Source: an uncultured archaeon (lineage in GTDB: Archaea; Thermoproteota; Bathyarchaeia; Bathyarchaeales; Bathycorpusculaceae). Taken from it: DNA of 64,000 bases. Both the position numbers and the translations under genes were made by a program. Positions 10,579 to 20,366 of this stretch are shown here, piece after piece. The notes below the pieces were generated by a model. That model was not told where the DNA came from. It did not search any database and saw only the letters and a program-made list of their open reading frames with translations. The stretch covers positions 64,001 to 128,000 of the forward strand of contig CAWALK010000023.1 in NCBI GenBank assembly GCA_963782915.1. The letters are read 5' to 3'. Each line of letters opens with the position of its first letter. Position 1 is the stretch's first letter.

Positions 10579-11359
10579 AGGTAAAACGTTTTCATTGGTT
10601 CTTATCCTGATTTTAGCAATGTCACTGTTTATTATTGCACAATCCGTTTCTGCACAAACAACACCTAAACCGTCTGTTCCCAAATTTACAGTGAGATATG
10701 TCGATTATTCATATGATATTCCACCAGTATATGGAATAGACCAATACACAGGGCAGAATACCATAATCCAAGCAGGTTATCATGTAGATAATAGCAGCAT
10801 TGAATTTACAATCAAGAATCAACCCTTCCAGAGCTATAATGATACAAATGGTAATTACAATACTTTGTACTATAACTTTAGATTCAAGGGTCAGTATGGA
10901 GATAGTTGGTCTAACTATCCAGACCTTGGTCATTCGTATGGGCGTTTTTCAGGCTTGTTCCCTGATGTTTCAGCTTCAAATTCCGACTATACTGTTATTT
11001 CAATTCCACTCCTTGCCTTAACAGCTTATGCTACTAGCACTCATTCTATTCCAATGGGTGTCAAGGTAGATTTCCAAGTCCAAGCAATCATGGGATATAT
11101 CAGTTCTACCCCCACTGGAATGTTAGCTGGTGATTTTTTCAGTTTTGAAGGAAATAGAAGTGATTGGAGCAATACACAAACAGTAACTTTAGGAAACACG
11201 GCTTTGTCATCGTCAACCCCAACATCAACGGCTTCATCACCAATCCCAACTCCAACCGTTCCAGAGTTTTCATGGTTAGTAATTTTGCCTTTGTTTGCTG
11301 CAATGCTATTTTTTGCGGTAATACTTAGGCATAGAAAAATCCCTAACTTGAAGCAATGA
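10571..11359 (+). CDS. Secreted paralog-family protein with PEF-CTERM (VPEF)
   Basis: PKPSVPKFT, IDQYTG, VDFQVQA, SDWSNTQT, VPEF-TM-RHRK. Confidence 0.8.
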   Translation: MIRGKTFSLVLILILAMSLFIIAQSVSAQTTPKPSVPKFTVRYVDYSYDIPPVYGIDQYTGQNTIIQAGYHVDNSSIEFTIKNQPFQSYNDTNGNYNTLYYNFRFKGQYGDSWSNYPDLGHSYGRFSGLFPDVSASNSDYTVISIPLLALTAYATSTHSIPMGVKVDFQVQAIMGYISSTPTGMLAGDFFSFEGNRSDWSNTQTVTLGNTALSSSTPTSTASSPIPTPTVPEFSWLVILPLFAAMLFFAVILRHRKIPNLKQ

Positions 11360-11454
11360 CCTTTTCCCACGGCTATATATGCACACCCTCTATTGTTCAG
11401 TCCATAAACCTTGACTTGGCTTAGTCAAGAAACCTATACAAGAACCCTTTAATC
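11327..11454 (+). repeat. Gene-junction repeat, copy 5
   Basis: AGGCATAGAAAA...GACCTTTTCCCAC...GTCCATAAACCTTGAC-ttggctta-GTCAAGAAACCTATACAAGAACCCTTTAA. Confidence 0.75.
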
Positions 11455-11470
11455 GTCCAAAAACCACGCT

Positions 11471-12187
11471 TTGGATATGAACAAAATCGGTAAATGTTCT
11501 ATCTTGAGTTTGGCAGCACTCTTGTTGCTTCTAAGTTGTGCTTTCGAATTAGCCAGTGCATCTGTCCCTTCCGTTCCAGAATTCACAGTAGCAACTGTCG
11601 ATCATTCATATATTGTACCAGCCGCCACTGACCCCTACTCAGGGCAAATTGACCCCAGCTATATCATCCAAAATAAAACCATTGACATAACTATCAAGAA
11701 CCAACCGTTCACATCATCCTGCAAATACATTTATCTCTCTTATGCTATTCGCGAAAAAGGATACTACGAAACGGAATGGAGAAATATTTCTTCTTTTTCA
11801 AGAAATTCAAGCCCAGGCCGTTTAGCGTCGGATTCCGCGAACACTGTGGTTTCTATTCCGTTGTACAATTATCCTGATGGTGGTGGCCAGGTTGATTTCC
11901 AGGTGCAAGCGGCTATTGTGACTGCGCATCCAATTTGGGAGGGTTCCAATATGGGTTATTGGACGTTTGAAACCAGCGATTGGAGCAGCACTAAGACAGT
12001 AACAATCCCTGCATCCTCTTCGGGTTCTCCTATACCATCGAGCGCTTCATCTAATCCAACCTCAGCACCGACCCAAACCACGGCAACTCCCGAATTTAAC
12101 ATAGTAGAAATCGCGATTCTGGCGGTATTAATCATCTTGACGGTTTTAGTTGCGCTCTTGATTGTTACATTAAGGCGACGCCGATAG
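11471..12187 (+). CDS. Secreted paralog-family protein with C-terminal TM anchor
   Basis: PSVPEFT, DPYSG, IKNQPF, VDFQVQA, SDWS, TM-RRRR. Confidence 0.8.
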   Translation: MDMNKIGKCSILSLAALLLLLSCAFELASASVPSVPEFTVATVDHSYIVPAATDPYSGQIDPSYIIQNKTIDITIKNQPFTSSCKYIYLSYAIREKGYYETEWRNISSFSRNSSPGRLASDSANTVVSIPLYNYPDGGGQVDFQVQAAIVTAHPIWEGSNMGYWTFETSDWSSTKTVTIPASSSGSPIPSSASSNPTSAPTQTTATPEFNIVEIAILAVLIILTVLVALLIVTLRRRR

Positions 12188-12527
12188 GATATACATTCAA
12201 GCTACCTCAAAAAGGCGATTTCAATGTCTTTTTTTTGTGAGGATTGGATGCGTAGGATTTTTCCCATCCCACTGTTCGGTTGTGGGAACAGTTAGTTTTT
12301 GGTTTAGGTCGATTTCCAAGTGTGGTGGAGGGTGGAGCACTTTTTTGTCCCATCTGATACGTTGAACTATATTGGTTTGGATGCGATGAGGATGGGGATT
12401 ATACTTAGAAGAATTGTCGGCATAATTACTTCAAGATACTAACAAGCGGACCTTCTTGGGTTTTATGTCTGGGGTAGTAGTTGTCGAGTGGCTGCCCAAG
12501 ACTACTACTACTCTACTACACACACCA

Positions 12528-12575
<48 letters not shown>

Positions 12576-13073
12576 CTCTCACTAATGACACAGCAAGCTA
12601 AAAGCCATCAAAAATAACCCGTAGACCTCATATGGCATACTTTACGCTTTCAAACCGCACCCACAGTTCTCTACCTGAGAAAAGAGACAACATAAACGGA
12701 AAAGCACTCAAACGCTATACCTGCGAAGGTAGCCCGTGTGCGCCACAGTTGCAAGAGACAGATTCGATTGTTTATACAATTTGTTTAACAGGCTGCTGTT
12801 GGCTCGGGCACTTGGTATAAGTTGGGATTGAGCAAGGAAAAGGGAGCGATAATCAGTTATCTTTCCGAGAAAACTATTGGCTACAACAAAGAAGGGCAAC
12901 TCCAAAAAACTTTTAGTCTTTGGAGAAAAAAAATTCAGTAGCAAGCAATTTATTTATATCAACTTAAAGCTGGTTTCTAAAATAAGCTATCAGTTAATGG
13001 GTAGAAGAAGTGGAAATTTTTTAGACATTCTACTTATTTTAACACAAATACCCCCATAGGAAAAGATGAAGGT

Positions 13074-13190
13074 CTTGAGAACTGCGAATGCAAAGCCGAC
13101 TGCCCCTCATGCAAGAACTCCCCAAAATGCGGAAATGAAAATCAACCAATAGACAAGAAAGCTACCCAGATTCTTTTACGACATTTCTAC
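13074..13190 (+). pseudogene. Remnant of DUF1998 Zn-binding C-terminus of an Hrq1/YprA-type helicase
   Basis: LENCECKADCPSCKNSPKCGNENQPIDKKATQILL; no start codon or helicase core upstream. Confidence 0.65.
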
Positions 13191-13380
13191 AATTATCCAC
13201 GAACGCCTAACCTCTACATCTTTATAACTAAAACAAATAAAGAGAAAAATCATGAGCTCAGCGGTCGGTACTCCATCCCTTAGTTTAAAGCCCTGGTTAC
13301 GTGCCCTTGTATGCCTCAAGGCTGCAAGCATAGGACTTTATTGCCGTACTCTGCCATATTTAATTAGGATTCGGTTTTTT

Positions 13381-13620
13381 ATGGCAACCCAAACAGACAT
13401 ACTGAGGGATGCACTCTCAGGATACAATCGCGACGACATAACCTCGATTATAGATAAGCTTGCCGGCGACAAAGACAACCTCCGAGTAGACCTAAAACAT
13501 GTAAGATTTAGCCTGAGTAACGAAAGGTTTGATGTTAATGGAGTGGTTGACTTCAAAGTTGTCCATAAAATTCCTAACGCTCACGCTGTCGTGAAGGAGA
13601 TAGTTAAGAAGTATGGTTGA
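13381..13620 (+). CDS. Hypothetical protein
   Basis: ATG at 13381 (MATQTDILRDAL...); overlaps next ORF. Confidence 0.6.
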   Translation: MATQTDILRDALSGYNRDDITSIIDKLAGDKDNLRVDLKHVRFSLSNERFDVNGVVDFKVVHKIPNAHAVVKEIVKKYG

Positions 13621-14029
13621 GCCGTCGGGGGGTATTCCGAATTTTGAGGGCGGCCAAGTTTTGCTCTCAACCGGTGATGTGGAGGTTCTGAAGGTTAATT
13701 TGAGCAGCACACACATCGATGTTGATGTGGAAGATAAGGCATTCATAAAGCGCCTAATTGAAATGCGTGACCAGCTAACACCAAAAATACCCAGCGATGG
13801 CGAAGTTGAGGACACGGGGAATCCACCCCAAATCGGTGGCATTCTATCTACTGCCCGCAGAGTCGCTGACACGCTATCTGACCGAGGCATAACCATAACA
13901 GTCTCATATAAGGGACACCGCATAGCAACCATCGGTGCCGAAGCACATCCGAAACTTCTACAGCACATAACTAAAACCCGTGGTATAGCGCTCAACAGTG
14001 TTGTCGCCGCTATTAGGCTCGTTATTTAG
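13613..14029 (+). CDS. Hypothetical protein
   Basis: 138-aa ORF coupled to both neighbours. Confidence 0.65.
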   Translation: MVEPSGGIPNFEGGQVLLSTGDVEVLKVNLSSTHIDVDVEDKAFIKRLIEMRDQLTPKIPSDGEVEDTGNPPQIGGILSTARRVADTLSDRGITITVSYKGHRIATIGAEAHPKLLQHITKTRGIALNSVVAAIRLVI

Positions 14030-14040
14030 TTGGGTTGATT

Positions 14041-14997
14041 ATGAATAAGGGACAGTTTGCAGGCCTACTTTTCCAGGCATTCACTAAGTGGCAGAAACAT
14101 AATGCTACACTTCGAGCGGCAGCGTTGACCTTCTTCACTATTCTGCCATTGCCGTCCCTTGCCCTGATAGCTGTGGCAATTCTTGCGCAGTTGTATGGGC
14201 AGCCGGCGGCACTGCAGCAGTTAATCAGTCATGTAAGTTCTATTGCAGGGCCAACTGTTGCCAATTTGTTGTATGAGGTGCTTTTGGATGCTCAGAGTCC
14301 CCTTACCGGTGCCGTAGAGTCTTTTTTTGCTGTAGTCTTCGCGTTGTTGGGTGCTTTAGGTGCTTTTTCCGTACTGCAACAATCAGTAGATGTTATCTGG
14401 GAAATCCAAGCTAAGGAACGGGGGCGGGCTGCGTTCATCAAGGAGAAAGTCTTGCCTTTTATCCTCGTCCTCGTAATCGGTATAATCGTTGTTGCTTGGA
14501 CTGCAGCTTCAACTGTGCTCTTTGACGCCGTTGTCTACGCTTTAGATCCATTTCTCGGCGGTTTTACACCATATTTGATTTGGCTTCTTCAAATTCTGCT
14601 TTCGTTCGGTTTAGGTACGCTGCTGTTTGCGATCATTTTTAGGGAACTGCCAGAGACGAAGGTTGAGTGGCGCGATGTATGGCTTGCAGCGCTGTTAACG
14701 GCCGCTGTTTTTACTGTATTGAATTATTTTTTTGGGCTCTATTTGAGTTTGGTTCAAGTGACGACGTTAGCTGGAACGGCGGGTTCTTTAATTGTGCTTT
14801 TTTTGTGGATTTACTTGGTTAATTTGTTTGTTCTTTTTGGTGCACAGTTTTCGAAGGTTTATGCCCAGGGGTTTGGTTCTCATCATAACAGGCCTGCGGT
14901 GTTAAAGTGGCCGCCTCGCCCAAAAGTGGACCATGTCGAGGTGAAGGCGGAGGTTAGCGTAAAGGTGGAAAACAAAAAAGCGTCAAAAAAAGAGTAG
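14041..14997 (+). CDS. YihY/BrkB family membrane protein
   Basis: AAALTFFT.L.LP and GSLIVLFLWIY....VLFGAQF motifs. Confidence 0.9.
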   Translation: MNKGQFAGLLFQAFTKWQKHNATLRAAALTFFTILPLPSLALIAVAILAQLYGQPAALQQLISHVSSIAGPTVANLLYEVLLDAQSPLTGAVESFFAVVFALLGALGAFSVLQQSVDVIWEIQAKERGRAAFIKEKVLPFILVLVIGIIVVAWTAASTVLFDAVVYALDPFLGGFTPYLIWLLQILLSFGLGTLLFAIIFRELPETKVEWRDVWLAALLTAAVFTVLNYFFGLYLSLVQVTTLAGTAGSLIVLFLWIYLVNLFVLFGAQFSKVYAQGFGSHHNRPAVLKWPPRPKVDHVEVKAEVSVKVENKKASKKE

Positions 14998-15121
14998 TTC
15001 AAGTTTCCCCTGAGTATTTAAGGCATTTGGGTTTTTGCCCGTTTTTATTTAGTTAAAGTAAGTCGGGTTTTTATAGAACTCCGTCGTATTTGCTTGAAAG
15101 AAGAGAGAGTGGAAATTCCAA

Positions 15122-15799
15122 TTGACTCTTATCGTTGATGACGCTGGCAGCGGCGATTTACTTTTCGGCGTTGTAGTCGGCGCATACCACCAAGAAACAG
15201 GCGAATTCAAATACGACCTCATTGACGTCAGATTCTACCAAGATATCTTCCGCGAAAAAGAATATCTGCAGGAATCCTCCCGAGTTGTCGCACGTCTTGT
15301 TTCAAAGTTTAATTTGAAACCCGACGAAGCCATTCATATCTGTCAAGGCTGCATCTTTGATGTTGCTGCTGAGGAACTTTCGAAAGTCTACGGTGAAGAC
15401 CGCGTTAAGCGAATTCATGTTGAGGGCGAAACACAGCGTTTAGTCGAAATCGCATATTTAGATGAAATACGAAATTTGGGTTACGAACCGATGGCTGAGA
15501 GGGAAGAAAAAAGAGGGAAAAGCTTCTTCCACATGATGCACTGGTTAAAAGACAACCCTGAAATGCTGCGCTATGCCAAAACAGGTTGGCCCCGACTAAA
15601 GAACTATCAGATATTCAAGGACTTTCATGCAAAACAAACGTTCAGTGCAGTTTGCAGCGAATGCGGTTCCGAATGTGAGGTGCCCTTCCAACCTAAAGCC
15701 GATAAACCGGTTTTCTGCAAAAAATGCTGGACAACCCACAAACCCGCACGTCCACACTCTAATCGACCCCGAAACAACAGGAAAACAATAAAACACTAA
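15122..15799 (+). CDS. RNase HII-like fold protein fused to CxxC-x17-CxxC zinc ribbon
   Basis: N-terminal IVDDAGSGDLLFGVVVG; C-terminal CSECGSECEVPFQPKADKPVFCKKC. Confidence 0.6.
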   Translation: MTLIVDDAGSGDLLFGVVVGAYHQETGEFKYDLIDVRFYQDIFREKEYLQESSRVVARLVSKFNLKPDEAIHICQGCIFDVAAEELSKVYGEDRVKRIHVEGETQRLVEIAYLDEIRNLGYEPMAEREEKRGKSFFHMMHWLKDNPEMLRYAKTGWPRLKNYQIFKDFHAKQTFSAVCSECGSECEVPFQPKADKPVFCKKCWTTHKPARPHSNRPRNNRKTIKH

Positions 15800-15817
15800 A
15801 GTTGGTATAATAAAAAA

Positions 15818-16138
15818 ATGAATATATTCTTAGACTTTAACTCAAGCTGGTATATACTCCTATTCGCTTTTCTTGGCGCATGGGCAATCTTGATCTTTGC
15901 ACGCAAAAAATTCAATTCAATGCACGAAATTAAAGAACAAGCGTTCTTGGCTTTCGGCGGCATGATTTCTATGGCTATGATGGAATTCTTTGCAGTCTCA
16001 ACTGGACTGTGGAATTATACGCCTGGCAACTGGCCGGTGATTTTGTGGCCAACCTACTTTGTGGCTATACTGTTCGGGTATCAGCTGCTTAGGTCTATCG
16101 AGCGTGTGCTTTTGCGTCGACCTGTAAATCCTTTTTAA
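15818..16138 (+). CDS. Small membrane protein
   Basis: Three hydrophobic segments; E.FAVSTGLWNY motif. Confidence 0.65.
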   Translation: MNIFLDFNSSWYILLFAFLGAWAILIFARKKFNSMHEIKEQAFLAFGGMISMAMMEFFAVSTGLWNYTPGNWPVILWPTYFVAILFGYQLLRSIERVLLRRPVNPF

Positions 16139-16308
16139 CAGGTTAACGCTAAATTAATTTTTTTATTTTTTTAATCAATCTTTTTCTTCAGTTTTGGTTA
16201 TTAGTGCAATCTTTTATCGAAATAAATGGCGGCGATATTTAGTCCGAACGTTTGAGAGCATAATCGGTCAAGGCACAAAATTCGAGATACAACTGCCCGC
16301 TTAACGTT

Positions 16309-16881
16309 TTGTTTGAATGCTTAAATACCGATTTACCCTTTTTTATTATAGGTTGTGTTTTGTTTTTGACTTCTAGCAGTAGGCATGTTTCTCATGGTGC
16401 GGTTGTTTGGGCTGGGAAACCCTGGGTGATTCCGGCAGCGATTTTTCGTACGGTAGGTGTGGTTGTTTTTGCTATATTTTTCTTGTTTATTGAAATGACC
16501 TTTGGCGTTGCTCTTACCCTTATAGCGGGGTTGCCTGTTTTTTTGTGGACTCTTTTTGCGTTTATTCTGGTTTGGGTTTTGAGTTTGCTTGATTTGCTGA
16601 TTTATTGGGTTTCCAACAGTTATGTACTGCGGCAAGATGGCTTAGAGGTTCGTCGTGGCATTTTTCGGCTGCATTCTTTTGTGGTGACTCCGTCGGGTTT
16701 TGGTGATTTGCTAGTTTACCAGTCGTTGGGCGGCAGAATCTTTGGCTACGGCGACTTAACCGTGAACTCTCAGGGTGAACGCCAAACAAAACTGCGGCTT
16801 GTGCGCTCGCCCTTCACAGTCGCCGATACCATGCGAGACATCATGGGTAAACCCATTGTCCGCGTGGAAAATCCTGCCTAA
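16309..16881 (+). CDS. Membrane protein with bacterial PH (bPH_2) domain; start uncertain
   Basis: Two TMs followed by Y....L.VRRG.....QS..GRIFGYGDL.V. Confidence 0.75.
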   Translation: MFECLNTDLPFFIIGCVLFLTSSSRHVSHGAVVWAGKPWVIPAAIFRTVGVVVFAIFFLFIEMTFGVALTLIAGLPVFLWTLFAFILVWVLSLLDLLIYWVSNSYVLRQDGLEVRRGIFRLHSFVVTPSGFGDLLVYQSLGGRIFGYGDLTVNSQGERQTKLRLVRSPFTVADTMRDIMGKPIVRVENPA

Positions 16882-17276
16882 AACATGCTGTTGTGGTTCT
16901 TAGGTTGCCGTACTACTGGCTGTATTACGTCCCAGTGCTCGGCTAATTTGCCATCCTCCACCCGGAAGATATCTACGATTGCTCGGCCCACGTCGGAGTG
17001 GTTGGGGATAAGGTGGCTATGCACGACCACGTATTCGCCTTCAGCGATGATGCGTTTAAAATCCAACCGTAAGTCGGGGTTGGCTTTTAGGTATCCTGAT
17101 GCATACGCGATTACGCCGTCTGGTCCGTCGGGGGCTTCGGGGTTGTGTTGGCGATAGTTGGGGCTGATGTATTGTGCTACGGCTTGTTCAGGTTTTTTCT
17201 GGTTGAATATCATGTCTAAACAGTTTTTTGCTATTTTTTTGTTGGTTGATAGGTCGTTTGCTATTTGTGTTTGCAT
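16878..17276 (-). CDS. SnoaL-like / NTF2-fold protein
   Basis: YRQHNP..PDG, IIAEGEYVVVH, DIFRVEDGKLAEHWD. Confidence 0.9.
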   Translation of the reverse strand: MQTQIANDLSTNKKIAKNCLDMIFNQKKPEQAVAQYISPNYRQHNPEAPDGPDGVIAYASGYLKANPDLRLDFKRIIAEGEYVVVHSHLIPNHSDVGRAIVDIFRVEDGKLAEHWDVIQPVVRQPKNHNSMF

Positions 17277-17979
17277 AATTGTTCCTCGTTTATGTGGGGT
17301 TTTTGTTGGGTTTTAAGGGTGTGTGGTTGCGGCTTGTAGCAGCGGGGTATGGGTCGGTTGCGTTGTTTGTCTTGAATTTTGAATGTCTAATGTACGTTTG
17401 ACGTTTGTTTGGGTCGTGGTGTGGATGTTTGCAGAGGTTTTCTTAATTGTTATGAACAATTCTCAACACCCTTTAAATCCCGCCCAGCCCATCAATGTTT
17501 TCAGAGCAAAACAAATACACGGAGAAAAATGGCATGTTGGATTTGGTAACAATCGTAACAGCAGCAGTTGTATGTGCCTTGCCCATCATATTCATGGGGT
17601 ATGTCAAATTCATGGTTCGGCGCGTGGAAACGCACACGGCAAGGTACAACAATGGTGCAGAGCGGTAGGTGCCTGTCTAAAACAGCCTCTCCCTGCTCCC
17701 AATAACCCGCAAAACCCACCCCTTTCCCTTTTTAGCCGTCAACACCATGGATTGAGTGGTGTTTTTCCCCTAATCAACCTTCAACATCAGGGATTTTTTG
17801 GTTAATATTTAATTTTTCACCAAAAAACATTTGAAAAAATAACAACGTGCACGACTAAAATTTTTGCGCTTTTACAAATTAGGCGTTGTATGTAGTTGTA
17901 GAGATATACACCCATATTACATAGCCTTATAAGCCAAAATCGCCGATGCACAAAGTCCCAACAGGAGGCGACAAAACAA

Positions 17980-18105
17980 ATGCTCAGTCGAGATTGTGAC
18001 GGATGCGAAATGCTCCACATGTGCAGTGAACGGTACCGGCGCGTCAGCAAAGACGAGAAGGTTTACTGCCCAGACGGCACAGCGCATCTTGTAGACCAAA
18101 ACTAA
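17980..18105 (+). CDS. 41-aa Cys-rich small protein (not in ORF track)
   Basis: MLSRDCDGCEMLHMCSERYRRVSKDEKVYCPDGTAHLVDQN*; GGAGG RBS and TTATAA box upstream. Confidence 0.65.
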   Translation: MLSRDCDGCEMLHMCSERYRRVSKDEKVYCPDGTAHLVDQN

Positions 18106-18583
18106 AACTCCCTTTCCCACTTTATTGTAGTAAACATTCCAGACAACAGCAGTTCTCTTTTTCAGGGGAACTTTTTAAGCACCTTTTTATCATACACCGA
18201 CTTTGGAAAAAATGTAACAACTCTCCGTCAAAACCGATTTCCGAAGGCAAAATACTCCTGCCCCCACAAGTACACCAAGAACTCGGAAACAAAATAACCA
18301 TAAAGGAAAACACCCAAAGGCTACCTATTAACAAGCAAACAATAAGTCGCCAACGAAAAACATAGGCAAATAATCAATTTGCCCTGCAATAAGTTCTCTA
18401 TATTGGGGCATAGTTAACGTGATTCATGTTAACAATATATACGGTTTAGCAAACAATTAACATTTGATAAAGGCTGTTCTCTAAATCAAAAAATGCTTAA
18501 GGACTGTTGTATGATACAGCCATGAATTCAAAAAAAGGTGCGATATAGCTAACAATAGCTAAAAATATTGTAAAATGAAAAGT

Positions 18584-18705
18584 TGCTGCCAGCTTTCCCA
18601 GGTTCACGTGGCCTAAGACCACACTACAGCTGGGAACGGAACACGGTTTAACTTCTGAGTTCGGTATGGGATCAGGTGGAACCCGTGCCCTTTGACCGGC
18701 AAACC
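18584..18705 (-). rRNA. rrf: 5S rRNA (stand-alone)
   Basis: Minus strand contains CCACCTGATCCCATACCGAACTCAGAAGTTAA; ends pair (TTGCCGG / CTGGCAG); about 122 nt. Confidence 0.93.
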
Positions 18706-18780
18706 TGCAGTTACTGGCAAGCTTGCCTTATAAGGGTTGGGTTTGTTTGCTTGAAATGTGCTTGTTTTGTTGTGTTTTTT

Positions 18781-18946
18781 GTTTGCGGAAATTGTTTATA
18801 GGCGCTGGGCGAGTTGGGTGCTGTGGGCGGTAATACAACCGAATGGGCCATGCCAGTGCCCGACCTCATTACGCTGTCATTGTTTGCAAAGTTATTCACA
18901 AATTCAGTGTATATATAGGGGAGGGGGTACCTCGGCAGAGCAGCAG
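18781..18946 (-). repeat. Dispersed intergenic repeat, homologous to 32195-32356
   Basis: Reverse complement CTCTGCC...CCCCCTCCCCTATATATACACTGAATTTGTGAATAACTTTGCAAACAATGA aligns with 32197-32260. Confidence 0.8.
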
Positions 18947-18972
18947 AAGTTGCCTTTTTATCCTTTATATAA

Positions 18973-20099
18973 CAGTAGATCAAAAAATCGTGTTTCACCT
19001 CCTCTAAAAATCAACCGTAAGCCTCCAAATCAGGCAGCCAAGACAAGACTAAACACAACCTAACAGCATTCTTAAGAGCATACGTCCTAACACGCCTTCT
19101 ACGCCTGAAATTCCACAAAACCCACAAATTATAGAGTACAACCGCCAAAAAGAAATACAGCTGCCTCAACCTATAGAGCTTAGAGGTAGTCTTAGCCAAA
19201 AACAACCCAATCATACGATAAGAAGTCTCAATCCCCCAACGCCGCCTAAACGTCTTCTTAAGCACCTTGGGCTTAAACATGGTGTTGGTAGCAAAAATAA
19301 GCAGCTTCTTGTTTTGACGCACAGTTACAAGCCTAAAAGTCGCCTGATCCAAAACCGACTTCTTATGCGTAGTCGTTGTATAAAATACATCCAATCCGGC
19401 TCTTAAGGGCTCCTTATGCCAAGGAATATGCATTATGTACTTGATTTTGGCGTTATCTAGATAGTTTATCACTTGAGTGGAGAAGTAGCCTCGATCCAAC
19501 AGCACCAGCTTAACTGTTAAGCCCAACTCAGAGACACAGTCTAGGAGATACTTGACATGCCACAGCTTGCTTCTATGAATCATTGTTGCTGCTGCTAAGG
19601 TTAATCTCTGACCGTTGTAGAGAACACTTATCGTTGCATATCTGTAGGCATGGTTTGAGCCGTTCTTGTGTTGGGTTCCCACTACGCCTTTTGCTTTAGG
19701 GTCACCGTAGTACATTTCATCATGCCAGTCTATGGCTACAACCAGTGGCTTGTTTAGGGCGCCTTTTTGTTTCATTTGCTGGATTGTTTGCCGGTTGATT
19801 TGGAGTATTTGTTGAGGGTTTTGTTGTTTTAGGTGGTTTCTGACTGTTTGGCCGCAGAGTTGGAGGTTTTGTGCGCACCCTTCTATGTAGCTGTTGTCTA
19901 TTGCTGCTAGGATGAGTGTTTTGGTGGTTTCTTGGCTATTTCGGGCGTGTTTGAGATTAAGGAAGCTGCCGATTGTTTCTTTAAAATATAAGTAAGCCTT
20001 TAGCTTATCCCTTCGTCTAGGGATGGCGCTGTAGCTAGTCATGCTTGATACCCAAAAGCTGGTTACAGCGCTATTCCGATAAAAACTTTTGATCTACTG
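18973..20099 (-). mobile_element. Insertion sequence, ISH3-like (IS4-type DDE)
   Basis: 13-bp terminal inverted repeats CAGTAGATCAAAA; 4-bp target duplication ATAA at 18969-18972 and 20100-20103; single transposase. Confidence 0.9.
19011..20042 (-). CDS. DDE transposase (ISH3-like)
   Basis: VAIDWH, LLDRGYF, RRRWGIETSYR motifs. Confidence 0.92.
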   Translation of the reverse strand: MTSYSAIPRRRDKLKAYLYFKETIGSFLNLKHARNSQETTKTLILAAIDNSYIEGCAQNLQLCGQTVRNHLKQQNPQQILQINRQTIQQMKQKGALNKPLVVAIDWHDEMYYGDPKAKGVVGTQHKNGSNHAYRYATISVLYNGQRLTLAAATMIHRSKLWHVKYLLDCVSELGLTVKLVLLDRGYFSTQVINYLDNAKIKYIMHIPWHKEPLRAGLDVFYTTTTHKKSVLDQATFRLVTVRQNKKLLIFATNTMFKPKVLKKTFRRRWGIETSYRMIGLFLAKTTSKLYRLRQLYFFLAVVLYNLWVLWNFRRRRRVRTYALKNAVRLCLVLSWLPDLEAYG

Positions 20100-20366
20100 A
20101 TAAGGGAGGGGGTAGGTGCTCTGAGGTAGGTAGGTCTAAGTTTTTTGTGCTTTTTATAGGGGATAGGGTCCACAGAGCAAAAGACCTCAACTTTGCCCTT
20201 GACTTATTTGCGAAACAATTCACACCCAAGTGGCAACCGCCGAAACCAACCGAACCCAAAACCCACCCAACCACAAAACCCCCAGTCCAACCAACAACAA
20301 AGAAAAAAACAAACGCAAAAGCAGAAATCTAAGACCGCAATTATTTTGCATAGAACGTGAATTCCT

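Noticed and set aside
5848-11454. Junction repeats as a CRISPR array or classical integron attC sites
   Set aside because: The intervening sequences are whole genes with their own promoters, no cas or intI gene is in the window, and I could not identify RYYYAAC/GTTRRRY ends.
12200-12425. Possible decayed minus-strand gene after the array
   Set aside because: Frames are interrupted and I recognise no family.
18900-18945. G-string repeats as ORB elements of a replication origin
   Set aside because: No TCCA-N-TGGA/GAAAC ORB core and no cdc6/orc1 nearby; copies are scattered over 36 kb.
18711-19063. ORFs 18711-18998 and 18758-19063 (also 17383-17805 and 54225-54509)
   Set aside because: They overlap the non-coding repeat family or the IS end and show no protein motifs.
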